Shown here one piece after another: positions 1-13,620 of a stretch of 64,000 nt of DNA. This DNA is from Podarcis pityusensis (lineage: Eukaryota). The position numbers and the translations under genes were made by a program. Location: assembly GCA_964106645.2 (NCBI GenBank), contig OZ067040.1. One strand, given 5' to 3'. Within the stretch, counting starts at the first letter, position 1. Each line of letters starts with the position of its first letter. Under the pieces are notes generated by a model, which searched no databases, had not been told where the DNA came from, and saw only the letters and a list, made by a program, of their open reading frames with translations.

Positions 1-128
1 TGAGATGGAATTACGGAAAAGTTGCGCGCAACAATGGGTCATTTATGTGCCTTTTTTATCTTTTGTGAAATGACACCTCAGGGAGTTACAGATGCCTGAA
101 ATTGAAACAGTATTATTCCTAGCCAGAG

Positions 129-218
129 CATGGCTGTCAACGTTTCCCTTTTTAAAAGGGAAATTCCCTTATTCCGAATAGGATTCCTCGCAAGAAAAGG
201 GAAAAGTTGACAGCTATG
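129..218. mobile_element. 90-bp hAT-like MITE
   Basis: TIRs catggctgtcaacgtttccctttt / aaaagggaaaagttgacagctatg; 8-bp flanks agccagag / agtctgag. Confidence 0.75.
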
Positions 219-1401
219 AGTCTGAGCCATTCTTGCCCTTTTAAAAAATTGTGTTGGTGACTGTACAAACTAAAACAGGAATCCAACATTTTGAAGCATT
301 AACTGTGCATGCTGCTATGCTTGGGCGCCTCTGGGTGCTATTACTTAATGCTAACCAGCTGCAGCTTGGCATTGTGACTATGTCCTAGTTTGACATGGGG
401 AATGCTGAGGCAGGCCATCACAGGTGTTCATCTTACCTGCAAGCTGCTGGTTGTTCAGTGAAAGGAGCATACAATCCACCTGTTGTGTGAGATGAGGCAC
501 AGCAGGTGTGCCCCTGTTGTTTGCAGACCAGGGTTGAGCATTCAAGCAGCACGGTTGTAGCTATAGAATTGTCTGTATGGTAATCTGTAATCACATAGAT
601 TTGCAAGGTGGGAGCAAACATATGAGATGGGACAGCTGCCAAGCATTTCTGCAATTCCATACGTGACTCTCCCCCACACCCCTTCACTAATTATTACAAT
701 TTTGGTAGATGCCAATTTGCCAACGTGTAGATAATATGTTGAGACAATTTGGCACTATGCATAGAGTGCTTTACTATGACATTTTAGAGTAGTGTGGGTG
801 GCTGAGAGTGTTGAGCAGACAGTCTTTGTGATGATGGGAGGGTTTAGGAAGGGGAAAGAGCAAAGAAGACATCCTGCTTAAATTTTCCAACCAACTTGAT
901 TCATTCTGGATATTGTAGTGAGTGCATAAATAATTTTCTCCTGGGATGGGAAGAATAAGAAAGATCTATGAAAGTGTCTCTTCCACCCGTTATGCTAGAA
1001 GACTTTGTTTCATACGATGACTGAAGTGTATGCCTCAAAACGTATATAGTGGCATGCATCTGTCTGTATCATGAAGGCAGATTTCTCATGGAGTTGTGAT
1101 TGGCTGCAAATCCAGCTAGCTTCCTTCTGAATATAATTTCAGTGACAACTCCAGATTGTCTCTTATGAATTCAAGAGTATAGTTGCCAAATGTACCATCG
1201 CCATCATGTATCATCACATTCTTTCCCCACTATGCCTCCAAGTTGCTCAGGACACAAGCTTCTTCCCACCCTGCACCACACACACACTCCATTTTACCCT
1301 CACAACAACCCTGTGAGGGAGGCTAGGCTGAGAGAGGGTGCTTGAACCAAGGTCACTCAGTGAGCTTCATAGCTGAGTGGGGTTCAGTCCTGGGGCTCCG
1401 C

Positions 1402-1685
1402 CAGGGCCGTCTTACCCATAGGTGCTAGGGGTGCGGGGCACCCGGGCGCTGGGCTCTCAGGGGCGCCAGGCCGAGAGTCCAGGACCCGAGAGTTGAACCC
1501 GCCCGTCGGCAGGCTCTTCTGCTGCAGGCGGCTCTGCGCCACAAGTTTGGGGGCAACTGAGCCAGTAAGATGCTGAGGTGGCCAGCCTGCTCCACCCTCC
1601 TGTGTGCCTGGGACTGGGCAACCTGGGGGGGGGGTGCCGGACGGATCTTTACCCCCCGGTGCTGCATATGCTTAAGACAGCCCTG
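1402..1685. mobile_element. GC-rich non-autonomous hAT element inserted into a SINE
   Basis: TIRs CAGGGCCGTCTTA / TAAGACAGCCCTG; 8-bp TSD ggctccgc / ggctctgc. Confidence 0.85.
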
Positions 1686-2381
1686 GGCTCTGCTATACTA
1701 GTCAAACAAGCTCCTCCTTTCAAGTTGCCACAGTATCTCCAGGTGCAGGCCACTCTCATGATTTGGGATGGGGGAGCACAAACTCTGTAAGGGCTTCTCT
1801 TTGCGAAGCCCTTACAGAGTCTCCCCAGGGTTCCCTCCCCTTGCTCAGTGGTGGGGCTCTGCATTGGCTTCTCCCTTCAAGAGAGGTTGGTGCAAAGCCC
1901 CACCATGCCACCAGGTGTGTGAGGAGATCTCCCCACCTGCCCAGCAGCCAGGCTGGGGGGAGGAATTGGGGTGCTGTGACTGAGGTGGCCATCTCACTCC
2001 ACCTCATAGGCAGGCCATTTTGGATTTGTCCATCCCATACATGAACTTCTAATTTATTGGAACTGCTCTGGGTTCAAAGAGAGAAAAATTCATTTCATAT
2101 ATAATAACATATAATAATGCCTAAAGGGGATATTTGAAGCTACTATGCTCTGAATATTCCAAGGTCATTTCCAAACAGCACATCTCTTTGAACTACATTA
2201 TCTGGGAATGAAAGTCTCATAGGCCTTGAAGCTAAATTTCAGTTGTAGAGTCCCTTTTCTCGAGAGACCCAGACTGATTTTGGACTATATCAGCCTTCCC
2301 CAACCTGGTGCTCTCGCACTGTTTTGGTCTACAGCTTCCATCCACAGCCTCAGGCGTAGCTGTTCTGGGCTGAGACGGGGT

Positions 2382-2760
2382 CAGGATGAGGGAGAAATTT
2401 GATTCACTTTGCATTTAAACTGAATCTACCCAATTCACACTTTTCAAAACACGAACCAGCCACTGAAATTCATACTTCTCTAAATTTTGCAGTGCAATTC
2501 TCTAGCCAAGTAATGTGTGCCACAATGCAAATGTTAAAGTGTGCACAAAAAGGCATACATTTCTGAAAATAACATGCAAATATGCATTACATTGGGGAAT
2601 ATTGCTTTGCAAAAATTATACAGAATTGCATACCAAGATGTGTATATGAGGACAAATCCACACTAAAATGCCCCTTAACTTTCACGAAGACATTAAAAAA
2701 TCACGAATGGATATGGAAATGTGGAGAACTGAACTTATGACTGTAAAAAATTAGAACTGC
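2382..2760. repeat. Old AT-rich interspersed repeat (related copies at about 5180-5600 reversed and 7600-7950)
   Basis: Shared motifs (aattttgcagtgca, tgcatacattt, actgaa...agaa) among three loci. Confidence 0.45.
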
Positions 2761-3793
2761 CATACAAAGGCCAAATTTACATTCATCACTCAGCTTTGGT
2801 CCCACCCAGCATGGACAAAAAATGGGAACGATGGGAGCTGCAGTTCAACAAAATCTGGAGGGCAGCACAATGACTACTGCTGCCCCTAACTATTTCCACT
2901 GAGTGGTTAGGTTTCTAGCATGCCCCTCCTGCCGCCACACACACACCTTGAAGAAAAGGCAATGTGCAAGTAAGCCCTTGCCTCACACATCACTTGCAAG
3001 AACATTCCCCCAACACAAGATGCACCTGTGCCAGACAGTTGGCCCTTGCTGCCTCTTATAATTCTCTGCAACCTTTCAAAGTGCCTCTTGACAGAAAAAT
3101 TACAAACTTTAATGCACTTGTGACTTAGCCAGTTAATTTGCACCTGTATCTAATTTCAGACTTGCTGGAATAACAGGGCAATTCTGTAATCAAAATATTG
3201 GGAACAATCGTCAGAGCTGCCACTCAGCAGCAGCTGCAAAAAAATAAAAAGGTGGTGGGGGTGCCGAGAAGAAAAGCCTTCTGGTCTTGTACAGGGAAGT
3301 GCAGGGAAGGCTTTCGAAGTGGAGAAAATCGCTGATTCTGCTGGACAGGAATAAAAGGCAGAAATTTATTAAATGTGGTTGTACACGGTGCTCTGATTTC
3401 CCCCTCTTGCGTGCAGATCTATTAAAAGCAGGCTTCATTAGGGCACAGGGGCAATAGTGGCACCGTTCTGGCTAGACTGCAGTTTTGGAAGCCGTAGAAG
3501 GGAGCCAAAATAGGGTTTTGTCTTGCTTTTCAAAAAATGTTTTGTTGAAAAACAGCTCTGTGAAAGGGTTGCTTTAGTCTGCCACTTCTCTCTCCCCCCC
3601 CCCCCCCTTCATCCAAATGCTGGATATCTGAAGGAAGTGTTCAAAACCCAGAAGGAAGAGGGGCATCTGAAAATATAGGTAAATGTTATGGTACATAAAA
3701 CATCAGACAGCAAGGGTCCCTCCCGACATCATTTTTATTCGTGATTATTTGATGCTATCAGGACAGCCACACGCAATCCCATTTTCAATACAG

Positions 3794-3855
3794 TTTGTGA
3801 CTGCAATGGTTTTGGGGGCGGTCGTACTACTTCAGTTCCAATCAGTGTACGTCCC
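3794..3855 (+). other. Candidate 62-nt exon of an unidentified transcript
   Basis: Acceptor ttttcaatacag, donor gtaagt, CpG-enriched; two frames open. Confidence 0.4.
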
Positions 3856-4637
3856 GTAAGTTCCTGCTGCCATCCCATAACTCTTCACCCACTAACTAAT
3901 GTTCTGTTGTTTGTCCTGCTTTTGTTGCACTATAGCCCATCTGGAAACATTGCAGACCAACAAATAAAGCAGAATTTATCTAATACACTAATTATTTTGC
4001 CAAGACTATGTTGCAGAATACACCCACAATAAATCAGTAGTCTGGACGGGTCCTAGTGAACTGAAAAGCTGCTTTTGCAAAGTTACGATTCAAGGAGTTA
4101 TTCACCTTTACTGTTTATTCTCTCTTTAAATAAATGGCAGAAACACCAGATATCTATACGATGCAAAGAAATCATCATCACCAGCCATCCTATTCCTCCT
4201 CCCTATTCAATCCTCATTTACAGGGCCATTGAGCACAAAACCTAGTGGCTTGGATCCTGAGTCACCCTTCCACAAATGGGAGAGAAGGCTGTGGAAGCTC
4301 CCATTGCCAGAGGCACCTTATCCCCAGTTTCCTCCTCTTCCCCCTTTGGTTCCCAGCACCACCTCCCAGTGCTGATCCAATGCCCCACTCCTGCCCTTGG
4401 AATGGGATTGCATAGGGCACAACAAGAGGCTTCAGGGAAAGGGGGAATCGGCAAGAATTGCCTTCCCTCATTCCATCAGCAGGAATATCCCACGAGCACA
4501 GATCTGCTCACAGGATGTTTGGGCCCAAGGCAATATTTTTGCATTGCTTTGTAACAGCTAGCCATCCACATTATAGGATATATTTTGAGGGATATTGTAG
4601 AGTTGGGAGGGGGGCAATCAGAAAAGGGCAACGAAAA

Positions 4638-5010
4638 TGATCAAGGGGATGGAGCGACTCCCTATGAGGACGTTTCAGCATTGGGAACTTTTTAGTTTGG
4701 AGAAAAAGTAAGAGGTGACATGATAGAAGTTTGTAAAATTATGCATGGCATGGGTAGAATAGATAGAAAGTGGATAGAGACACACAAACAGCCCATAAAA
4801 CTAGAACATGTGGACAGGCAATGAAGCTGAATGCTGGAAGAATGAGGAAATATACAGGGAAGCACTTCTTCGCATAGTGAACACAAGGCAGAAACAGCCA
4901 GCAACCTGGTTTTAAAAGAGAATTGAACAAACCCATGGCTATCAATAGTGTCCAGCCACAATATCTTATGTTCTACCTCTTCTGTCAGATGATGTCAGGC
5001 ATCTGAACAT
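4638..5010 (+). mobile_element. Old CR1 3' fragment (further tails at about 14030-14197 +, 25028-25125 -, 58498-58530 -)
   Basis: Degenerate match to ORF2 C-terminus (YEE..L..LFSLEK...RGDMIEV) of the 43592 CR1. Confidence 0.7.
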
Positions 5011-6880
5011 TGTTATCAACCTTAATTTCCATCCTAGCAGCTAACAATAAAGACAGAATCGCTTCTCTATCCAAACCACATTCATTTGGCCCAACCCATA
5101 ATCCCAAGAAATGATCATGAAGGGATTGAGATCAATTCTTGTTTAGTTATTACATTAATTTATAGCAACTGTATCTCCCAAAAAGCTGGCCATGTTTCTC
5201 TCAGTTTCTTTCTTTCTTTTTCAGTTTTAAGTTTGGTTCTCCACATTCCATTATCAGTTTGCAGTTTTGGGGGTGGGGTGGGGGGAGGAGGGGTCCTTGT
5301 AAGATTTCAATAGCATTTTTGTTCACGTTTCTCCTAACAAACACATTTTAGTGCATTTCTGTCTAATATATACATTTTTGCAAGGGTAGTTTCCTAATAT
5401 GATGTGCTTAATGTGTTATTTTCACAAATATATGTGGTTTTACGCACATATGCATTTTTTTGGTGCACACAATTTAATTGGGAAACTGCATCATAAAGTT
5501 TGGAGAAGTGTGAATTTTCGGTTTGTGCCTTGTTTCAGGAAGTGCAGATTAGATGCTTTTGTGTCAAAATACAAACCAAACTAAGTTTTATTGCCCTCTG
5601 TACATGTGAGCAATGTCTGCTGTTTGAGAATGAGCAGAACTGAACAGGTCCTGTCTGTACTTTTCAGTCTTATGGGACTAAAACCCATAAGTAACTTTAC
5701 ACTCATGCTTAATTAGCCATTTATCAGCCCCTCCCAGCAGATCAGGCACTCTGACGCTCCTCTCACTAAGCATTCCTTGGCTGTCTGGTTTCTGGACTCA
5801 AGAAAGCTCACTGGACCATGGAAGCAGGGAGTTCCCCTACTCCCTGAAGGGGCGTTTTGTAGAGCAAAGCTGGTACAGAACATGCTCACTGTGCTCAAGT
5901 CTCTTGGGCTATCAAGGTCACCACCACACACTTGAAATGCCACAACTTTAATTAGATTTTCCAGCTCTTGCCATGGTGAAGGCGGATGTGACTGCTGTTC
6001 ATGATAGGGCTAGTTCTCCTTATTTAAATTCCCAAGCCAGCCCCGCCTTTAATGAAGTAGTATAACTATAGCAACTGAAACCTGCCAGGCGTCATTTGGT
6101 TCTGCTGGGGTTAAGGTCTCATTCTTTTTCTTATTCTTTTTCTTGCCCTTCGGCCCACAATGCCCCCCTACACAAGGAATCACAAACCAGCCCACCTCTG
6201 CGCCTGCATAGCCATATACTGCTGCATTTCAGCGGATGTGCGCCTTATGAAATGAATATTGTATTGGCTTTTCCATTAAAAATGGGTATATCTGCAGTAC
6301 ATGCACCCCGTGCTGAAGAGATAGCGTGCCATTTGTTTAGTTATCTTGCAGAAGATTATTTCTGTTATCATTAGTATGTTGATTATTGTAATTATTGAAA
6401 GAGAGAGGGCTGGGAGAAAAGTAGTGCAAAGGGGAAATGAGGGAATTAAAAGATAATAGTAAAAGATAATAATAGTCTCCTTTGTTCGTATTTGTCTCTC
6501 TTGACAACCTTCTGTACATACTAAGTTTCAGCTTAATACTAGAGTCGATTCCTCCTTTTGCTAACACGCCCCCACCAATCGAAATAAGTCATTATCCTCT
6601 GGCTGCCAGCAATTAGCTGCATGCTAAAGAAAACCAAGAATTGTTACAACTATACCCATCTTTCCTTTCCCAGAGTCAGTTCTGGAGCCCATTTTTCAAA
6701 GATCTTCTGAAAACATGCAACTGATGTGTACACAGGCATGCACAAAGATGAATGAGGGAAGTGAGAAATCCAAGCCACACAGGCAAGTTATGTACATGTA
6801 GAAATGAAGAATTTGATCTCTGTGGATCTAGATAAGAATTGACCTGATCCAGACCTCCTAGACGTCAGGCTTGTCAGGTC

Positions 6881-7172
6881 CAGGACTGGCCCGCTCATGA
6901 GGAAGAGTGAAACAGCTGCCTCGGGCTGTAGAATCCTGCAGGGCAGAGCGCCTGCAGGCATCCTGCCCACCCCTGCCACCACTGCTGGGGTGACGTGGCT
7001 GTGGCAACTACTTCCAGTGAGATCTCATGAGATCTCGCAGGACTCTCACGAGATCTCACAGCTGCACAACCCCCAGAAGTGAGGCTTTAGCAAGGGCAGC
7101 AGCAGTGAGGTGGTGGTGGGGCGGTACCTTCCCGCTTTGCCTCAGGTGGCAAAATGGAATGGGCCACCCCTG
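6881..7172. mobile_element. Old GC-rich hAT-like element (related remnant at about 12503-12820)
   Basis: caggactggccc...gggccacccctg termini; internal gagatctc palindromes. Confidence 0.5.
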
Positions 7173-7496
7173 ATCAGATCTAATTTATTTTTACTAGAAC
7201 CCCAAGATTGATCAACCAGGGCCAGTTGCAATAGACAGACAGTTAGACTGAAAGAACAGGGTGCCTTTTGTAATATTCTGTAATTGTTTTCAAAAACTTA
7301 CATGTGTGTTTCACCACATGAATTTCCAGGTACATTTTGGCTTACGTAATTTTTTTGTAGTTTTACTACAGACATACAATGCATGTGAATGTAGAAAGGA
7401 GATTACTTGTATAAAGTGAAGCTAAAGTAGCAGGATTTATTGTTACAAAAAATGTTTTTTTAAAAAACAATATGGTCCACAACATCATAGTCCCGC

Positions 7497-7497
<1 letters not shown>

Positions 7498-7529
<32 letters not shown>
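7498..7529. repeat. (CA)n microsatellite
   Basis: Read directly from the sequence. Confidence 0.95.
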
Positions 7530-7530
<1 letters not shown>

Positions 7531-9297
7531 AAATAGGGTCAGAAACCTTTGCCATTCTATTACAAATCACTCTGAGATCTACGTACCAAATTATTCCCAT
7601 CTACCTTCTGCTTCCTAGAGTAATGTGCAGAATGAAATGTAGTTTAATCCTTTGGACTTTGTGTTGCCCCGATTTTGCAGTGCATGCTCATTTACCCCCA
7701 AAATGTTTTTTAAAACACACATTTTAGGACTAAATACATTAAGAAATGTGTACCTTGAATCAAAATACATTTAAAAGTTGATACTTTGTAAGATAAGATG
7801 TTCAAAAGTGTGTATTTGAATACAATTTTTGTGTGCATGTTTTTAAAGCAATCAGTCGATCAATCAATCAGTCACTGACTGATGTAGAAACAGGGTGAAA
7901 TACAGTTACGAAACTGAGACAGAAATAGAATGATCCACCCACCCCTAGCAGTGTGCCACACTGTTTTCATAGTTACCTGATGTCAGTAAGTCAAGTGCCT
8001 CGGAATTGTTATCCTAGCATTCATCTCATCCCACTGAAGTAAACAGCAAGATTCCCATTGAGAGCAGGGATGCAGGGTCGCTGCTCCACAGATTCTTCCT
8101 GGCACTCTGCGGTTCTATGTCTGATACACTACGTGTGGGATGTTTTGACTCAAGGTGTGTGAGCCTTCCTGGTCTAATTAACAGCTATATCCCCCCATCA
8201 TTTCAAGTCACTGGTCATGTCAGCATCTGCCCAGGAATAACTGAGCTGATTCGAATGAGTGGATCATACAAACATCCACTATGCAATTGGCAGCTCATGC
8301 AACTGTGAATGAAGATAACAGAGGCTGCTGTTTCGACAATGCTGCATCCTTGCCTGAGGAGCCAAGCAGCCAGCCATCCTGAGCAGGGGCGGGGGGGGGG
8401 GGAGGCAGAACTAATGCGCTGAAGTGTGTGAAGATAAATTTCCTCACCTCTTTTGCAATATGAAAAAGGTGGCAACTGGATGTGGAGCTTTGCATTTGTA
8501 TTTTTGAGATGCTGAGCTTCCCATATGCACGTTTAATATGTTCAATTTTAGTGGAAGAATGAATGGCCTGGGTCTGCATTGTGAGAAACAACATTTCCTT
8601 ATCCTGGAGTGTACAACATATTGTTTGAGATGCTGATCAGAGTCTGTATGGACCTAGTTCTGTAGCTGATAGTGAACTATACAACCCTGGGGAGAGATCC
8701 ATTTTTACTTTTTATGCTGAGTTTTCACTTGCTAAATTCTTAGCATTTTTTATTGTAACTATATTCTTACGTTCATATATGCAAATACCTTGATAACTGA
8801 GATTATGACTAATACAAAGCTAATAAATAAATTCTCTTGAATGTAGATCTGCAGCCATTAAGCAGTATATCATTATAGAGATGGAAGATAATTATAGCCA
8901 AGTAAAATGCAGGACAGATGACTAAGATGGTCTACCATCAAGGAACACATCTGGGAGTTTAACCCAAGCCAACAGCCAAGAACACAAATACTGTTCTTTT
9001 TTTCTTTTTTTTTAGCAGCTGGTATAAGCCCAGAGGAAGGACTAATGTCTGTCCCAGAACATTCATGGACAAAATCAGCTGGACTTGTCCTAGTCATCAG
9101 CCACTGTTGCTTCCACTGGCTCACAATGTGAGGCTGCCCATTCATTCAGATGGGCTGAAGAACTTTGCTGTTGCCTGTTTTTCTCAGAGCTTAAACTTTA
9201 GAACACACCTGATGAGTCTGTTGAACATGAAGTTCAAAGACTCCTTTCAATAACAAGTTACAAACACTAATCTGCATGAAAACATTTAACAAGTATT

Positions 9298-9413
9298 GGA
9301 CTCTTAATCTCAGGGTTGTGGGTATGAGGCCAATACTGGGTGAAAGATTCCTACATTGCAAGGGGTTGGACTAGATGAGCTTTAGGATCCCTTCCAACTC
9401 TATGATTCTGTGA
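9298..9413 (+). mobile_element. tRNA-Lys-derived SINE with CR1 tail (5'-truncated)
   Basis: gactcttaatctcagggttgtggg... followed by gcaaggggttggactagatg...ccttccaactctatgattct, which matches the CR1 3' end at 45648-45700. Confidence 0.8.
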
Positions 9414-12400
9414 AATAATATGCCAAACTCAGACTCCTTTTCCAATAAAAAGTAGGATTTGGTTTTGTTTCCTTACACACTTGTCTTCACAAAAGCCTTC
9501 ACAACTTTTGTCAGTTTCGTTCCATTTCGGAGATTGTATTGAAAGAACAGGCTACACAGCGCTGCATTGGAAATTCTGCGAGATCTGCTAGGGGATGGGG
9601 AAAAGGAACAAACCATCAGCCCACACAGAAGATGCCCACATCACATGGTATGAAGCTGAGACAGCTATGGGAAAGGTTTGTTCATACTCACCCCTAAACA
9701 GATGCAAAGGAGCTGCATAACGGCTTTGCTTTTCTATCTCAGAACCAGGCACAAATTCTTTGGCATCATTTTTTAATGCAACACCCTTTATGGTCTCTGG
9801 CCAGTTGAAGCAAAGCTGTTCCTGCGCCTCCCCACATATTGCACTCTCTGCAAAAGATAAATAAAAGATGATGGGGAGGGTGGCGGTTAAAACCCAGCTC
9901 CTTTTCTAAAAATCAGAACACTGCAAAACCCGAAAGAACAAATCTAACCTGCAGTCAGTTTTTATTTTTCCAGGCTGATTTGCTTGTAGTTGCCTTTGCC
10001 ATTTTAATATTTTGTCCATCGAGGTATAGTAAAAGGAAAACAAGTAAGAATGAAATTTGGAAAGTTTTATGTCTATTGCAGGAAACTGGCCTGCGATACC
10101 ATTTGTTAAGATCTTTGTTGTCCCTGCGGCAAGCGTGTCAGCTTTGTGTTACGTTCAGTCACTGCATTACAGTTTTATGATTGCAATTTATAGTGTTATA
10201 AGTTTAATATAGTAGTGTATTGTAAAAGGGGGCCTTTTTTTAATTAATATTTTAGGCCCCGGAGAACACCACATCGCAACATGGCAGAATCAGAAAGATA
10301 ATTTATAAGGTATTTAGTTAGGGACTGGTCTGGAGAGTCTGTTCCCCAGCACGGATCACAAAAATGATTATGTGGGCATATAGACTCCTCTACCTGCAGG
10401 AGAAAAACTGAATACTGAGAAAGAGAACAAGCTTTTGCAGATCGAGAAGGGGAGCCTAACTTTCAACTCTCCTTCCCCACAAAAGAATAAGAGAACTAGG
10501 AGGCATTGTATTACTGCCCAACTTAACAGCCCACTCCTAGGGGCTGAGGTCCCTTCAGCCCCCGAATAAAATATTTGAAGGGGCCAGGCAACACCTAGGT
10601 TGATGGGCATTGCCATTCAATTGTGTGTGTGCGCACGCGCGTGCGTGCGCTGAGTCATGTGATTGATTATGTGGGGTGAGGCTTACCTCCTCCCCCCCAT
10701 ATTTTATTCAAGTTGGCCCCCCTGCTACCCAGGGGTTGTCTACAGGTGAAAGGAGATGTAGAGTACTTGCAGCAGAAAGATGCTAACAGGGGGATCCATC
10801 AAAAGATCCTTCACTTTTACAGCACCGCTAGATTCATTAACACATAGGTGGGGGACCTGTGGTCCTCCAGCTGTAGTGAGATTCCAACTCCCATCAGCTC
10901 CATGGAGTATGGCCAATGGACAGGGATTAAGGGAACTGTGCTACAGGAACATCTCAACTTTAGATGTTCTGAACCACAGGTCCCCAATCCCTGACCATTG
11001 GTCATTCTGGATGGGGCTGATGAGAGTTGGAGTCCAACTACAGCTGGAGGGCCACAGCTTCTTCATCCCTGACACGAGCCCTTCATGGCCCTGTGATATA
11101 GTGTGTGTGAAGGCCACTCTGTTCAAAGCTCTGCTGCTCTGATGGAGAGATGAAGGTTAAGGGAGATCCCAATGAAGCAGTCCAGAGTGCAGAAGGCATA
11201 CATTATCTGGCAAACACTAGGAACCAATTTGGCTCCAGGTAGTATTATCAAGTACCCATCCTCTGGATTCAGCCTGAGGTATGAGGCTTTTGCAAGAGAT
11301 CACAAAGAGGTTGTTTTGATCAGAATTTCAAACTGGGACATTTGAGATCTGATGAGGACTGTATTGATTGCCAACAAGTTGCAGCTGAGAAAGAAATGAA
11401 AAGATGTTTCTGGAATCATCCCATTCACCAGAGAATTCCCAGTGTAAGGTAGGGGTCCCTAAAGTTATGACAGCATGATTGGGGCCATATATTATGGTTA
11501 GGTTTCAGGTTGTTAAGCTTGTGCAGACATCTTCTTTGAGTAGACCCACTTAGCGGAGTTGTTGGTAGGACATTGTGCTTCTGAGTACAGAATTCCCCTT
11601 CAGTCCCTCTCCCTGGCCACTCTAATTAAGCAGATTGTATCTGTCCTTCTTTGCTTTGTGCTCTTGTATAATTTCCACGCATTGTGAAGAGAGGGGACAC
11701 AGAACGATCCTTCCTGACAGCAATAGAGGGGGGAGAGTGGAGATGTCTCGCTTCCTTTTCCTCCTTCAACATCTCCTTTCTCCCATTGGCTTCATGATCT
11801 GTACCCTATTTAACCTCAACCCAGTCCCTGTCCCCTAGAGCATTCTGTATTGATGAGCAGTCCTTTCAGATAGTTATTTGGGTTTTATATCCCCTCCTTT
11901 GGTCTCTGAGGCTCAAAGGCCAAGTATCTAGACCTGATAGATAGAGTTAGAACTGGAGTACTAGCTCGGGGAATGGTGTGCTGATAGTGCAGGCAGACAT
12001 CAACCCGGGAGCTCTCCTGTACAATGCCGTTCAGATCCATAGGCGCTGAGAGGAAGAAATGCACTTACTCTCTGCACCTCTCTCCTCCATAAGTGAGGCG
12101 CATGAAAGAGAACACTGGGGGGCATGTTGTGTTGTGCATATATTAGAAGGAGCCTGAGGCTAATTGCAAGCCTAGAGGGGATGCAAATCATATTAGGGGA
12201 AAATGTGATATGGAAAATACATAAACAGTACATTAACCTTAAAGATCTAATTTATACCGACAGCAGCAAGTTACCCAGCCCGTAATTCTTTTGATTTGCC
12301 TGGGCACCGAGGGAGCTTCCAGGTCTCCACAGTGCCTAGGCGCATAAGGGTGTCAATTGGTTTGTGTGTCTATGCAGCATTGCCCTCTGCTGGCTGCAAC

Positions 12401-13500
12401 CTATCAGGCCAGCTCCCACGTACCCTGCATTTTGCACATATGTTCCTTTCTCCAACGACTAGCAGAGCACCTTGCAGCCAGAGCTAGCAGTGAGAATTCA
12501 TGAGCAGCGCTGGCCCACCTATGAGGCAAGGCGAGGCAGCCGCATCAGGCGGCAGGAACCATGGGGGCAACAGATACAGCCTCCAAGGAATGTTTTGCCT
12601 GCTGCTGCCACTGCAGTGACAGCAATGGCTGTGGCATGCTCCTTGAAGGCCATATCTGCCACCTCCTCAGAAGTCCACCACCACCACGATGCTGCCTCTG
12701 TAGTGGCCTCTTGGCAAATAGGAGGTGCCGCTGGTCTCCTCCCACCACCAGGAAGGAAATGGCTGGGGCTGCCCCCCCCCCGGGCTCTGCAACCACTCGA
12801 TGTAATTCAATCAGGCCCTCTCCCCCTTCCTAATGTTTAAATGAAATCTACCCTGACTTAACTCAGCTATTAGATCTAGCCCAGCCCTCTATCATCCATC
12901 AGTATTTGCCCTCTCTTACAGAACAGCCCTTTGGGTAGATGAAGAACGATATCATCTCCTGTGTCAGTCTTCCCTTGTGTGATTCTCTGTAATCATTCTC
13001 AGAAATTCCTCGTTCTTAAGTTTACCCTGGCCGGCATCCAAATTTGGTGCTTAGCTTTTAGACAGTGCAAAGAACTCGCTTTTGCCTTTCCTTCCTGCTA
13101 AGGGAGACTGTGGGCTCCTGGGTGACCATCCTTGGAACGATTGCCAACAGCCAGGGAACATTGGGTTGATGTTTACTCAGTGGGAGCTAATGACTGGAGA
13201 GGCTTGTCATGTTCAAATGACTGCTAGGTCCCTTCCAGCACTGTTGCCGCCTAATCAGATACCCTTTGTTGGTTCATAATTGTGCCTTGCCTCCTGGAGC
13301 AGGGGTGAATAAAACAGGCGGATCAGCCTCCCTTACATGGGCTCTGTTCTGAGAACATTTCCCCATCAGTTCCCATGCTTCTCTGTTGTGCACCACAGCA
13401 CGGTTTGCTGTTTGTTTTGCTGAATACTATATTATTTATGTATTTAATGTATTGAGAAGATTTATAAACTGCTTGATCTTTTTTTATTTATTAAAAAATC

Positions 13501-13620
13501 CTGATTGGCTGGCTATCCGCTTGGCCCAATCACAAGCGGGTAAGGGGGCGGCCCACCAGGGCCTAGCGCTCCTTTTTGCCATGTGTGTTTCCTTGGAGCA
13601 GTCCTGGTTGGTTTCCGGTG
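13501..13620. promoter_or_regulatory. Promoter-like motif cluster
   Basis: Two opposed CCAAT boxes (ctgattggct, gcccaatcac), a GC box (ggggcgg) and an ETS site (ttccggt) within 120 bp. Confidence 0.3.

Noticed and set aside
9209-9240. Other CTGATGA motifs as hammerhead cores (also about 11349, 25418, 52316)
   Set aside because: No stem II followed by GAAA at the required spacing.
11560-12020. LTR-like segment
   Set aside because: LTR-like texture, but no definable TG...CA termini or TSD.
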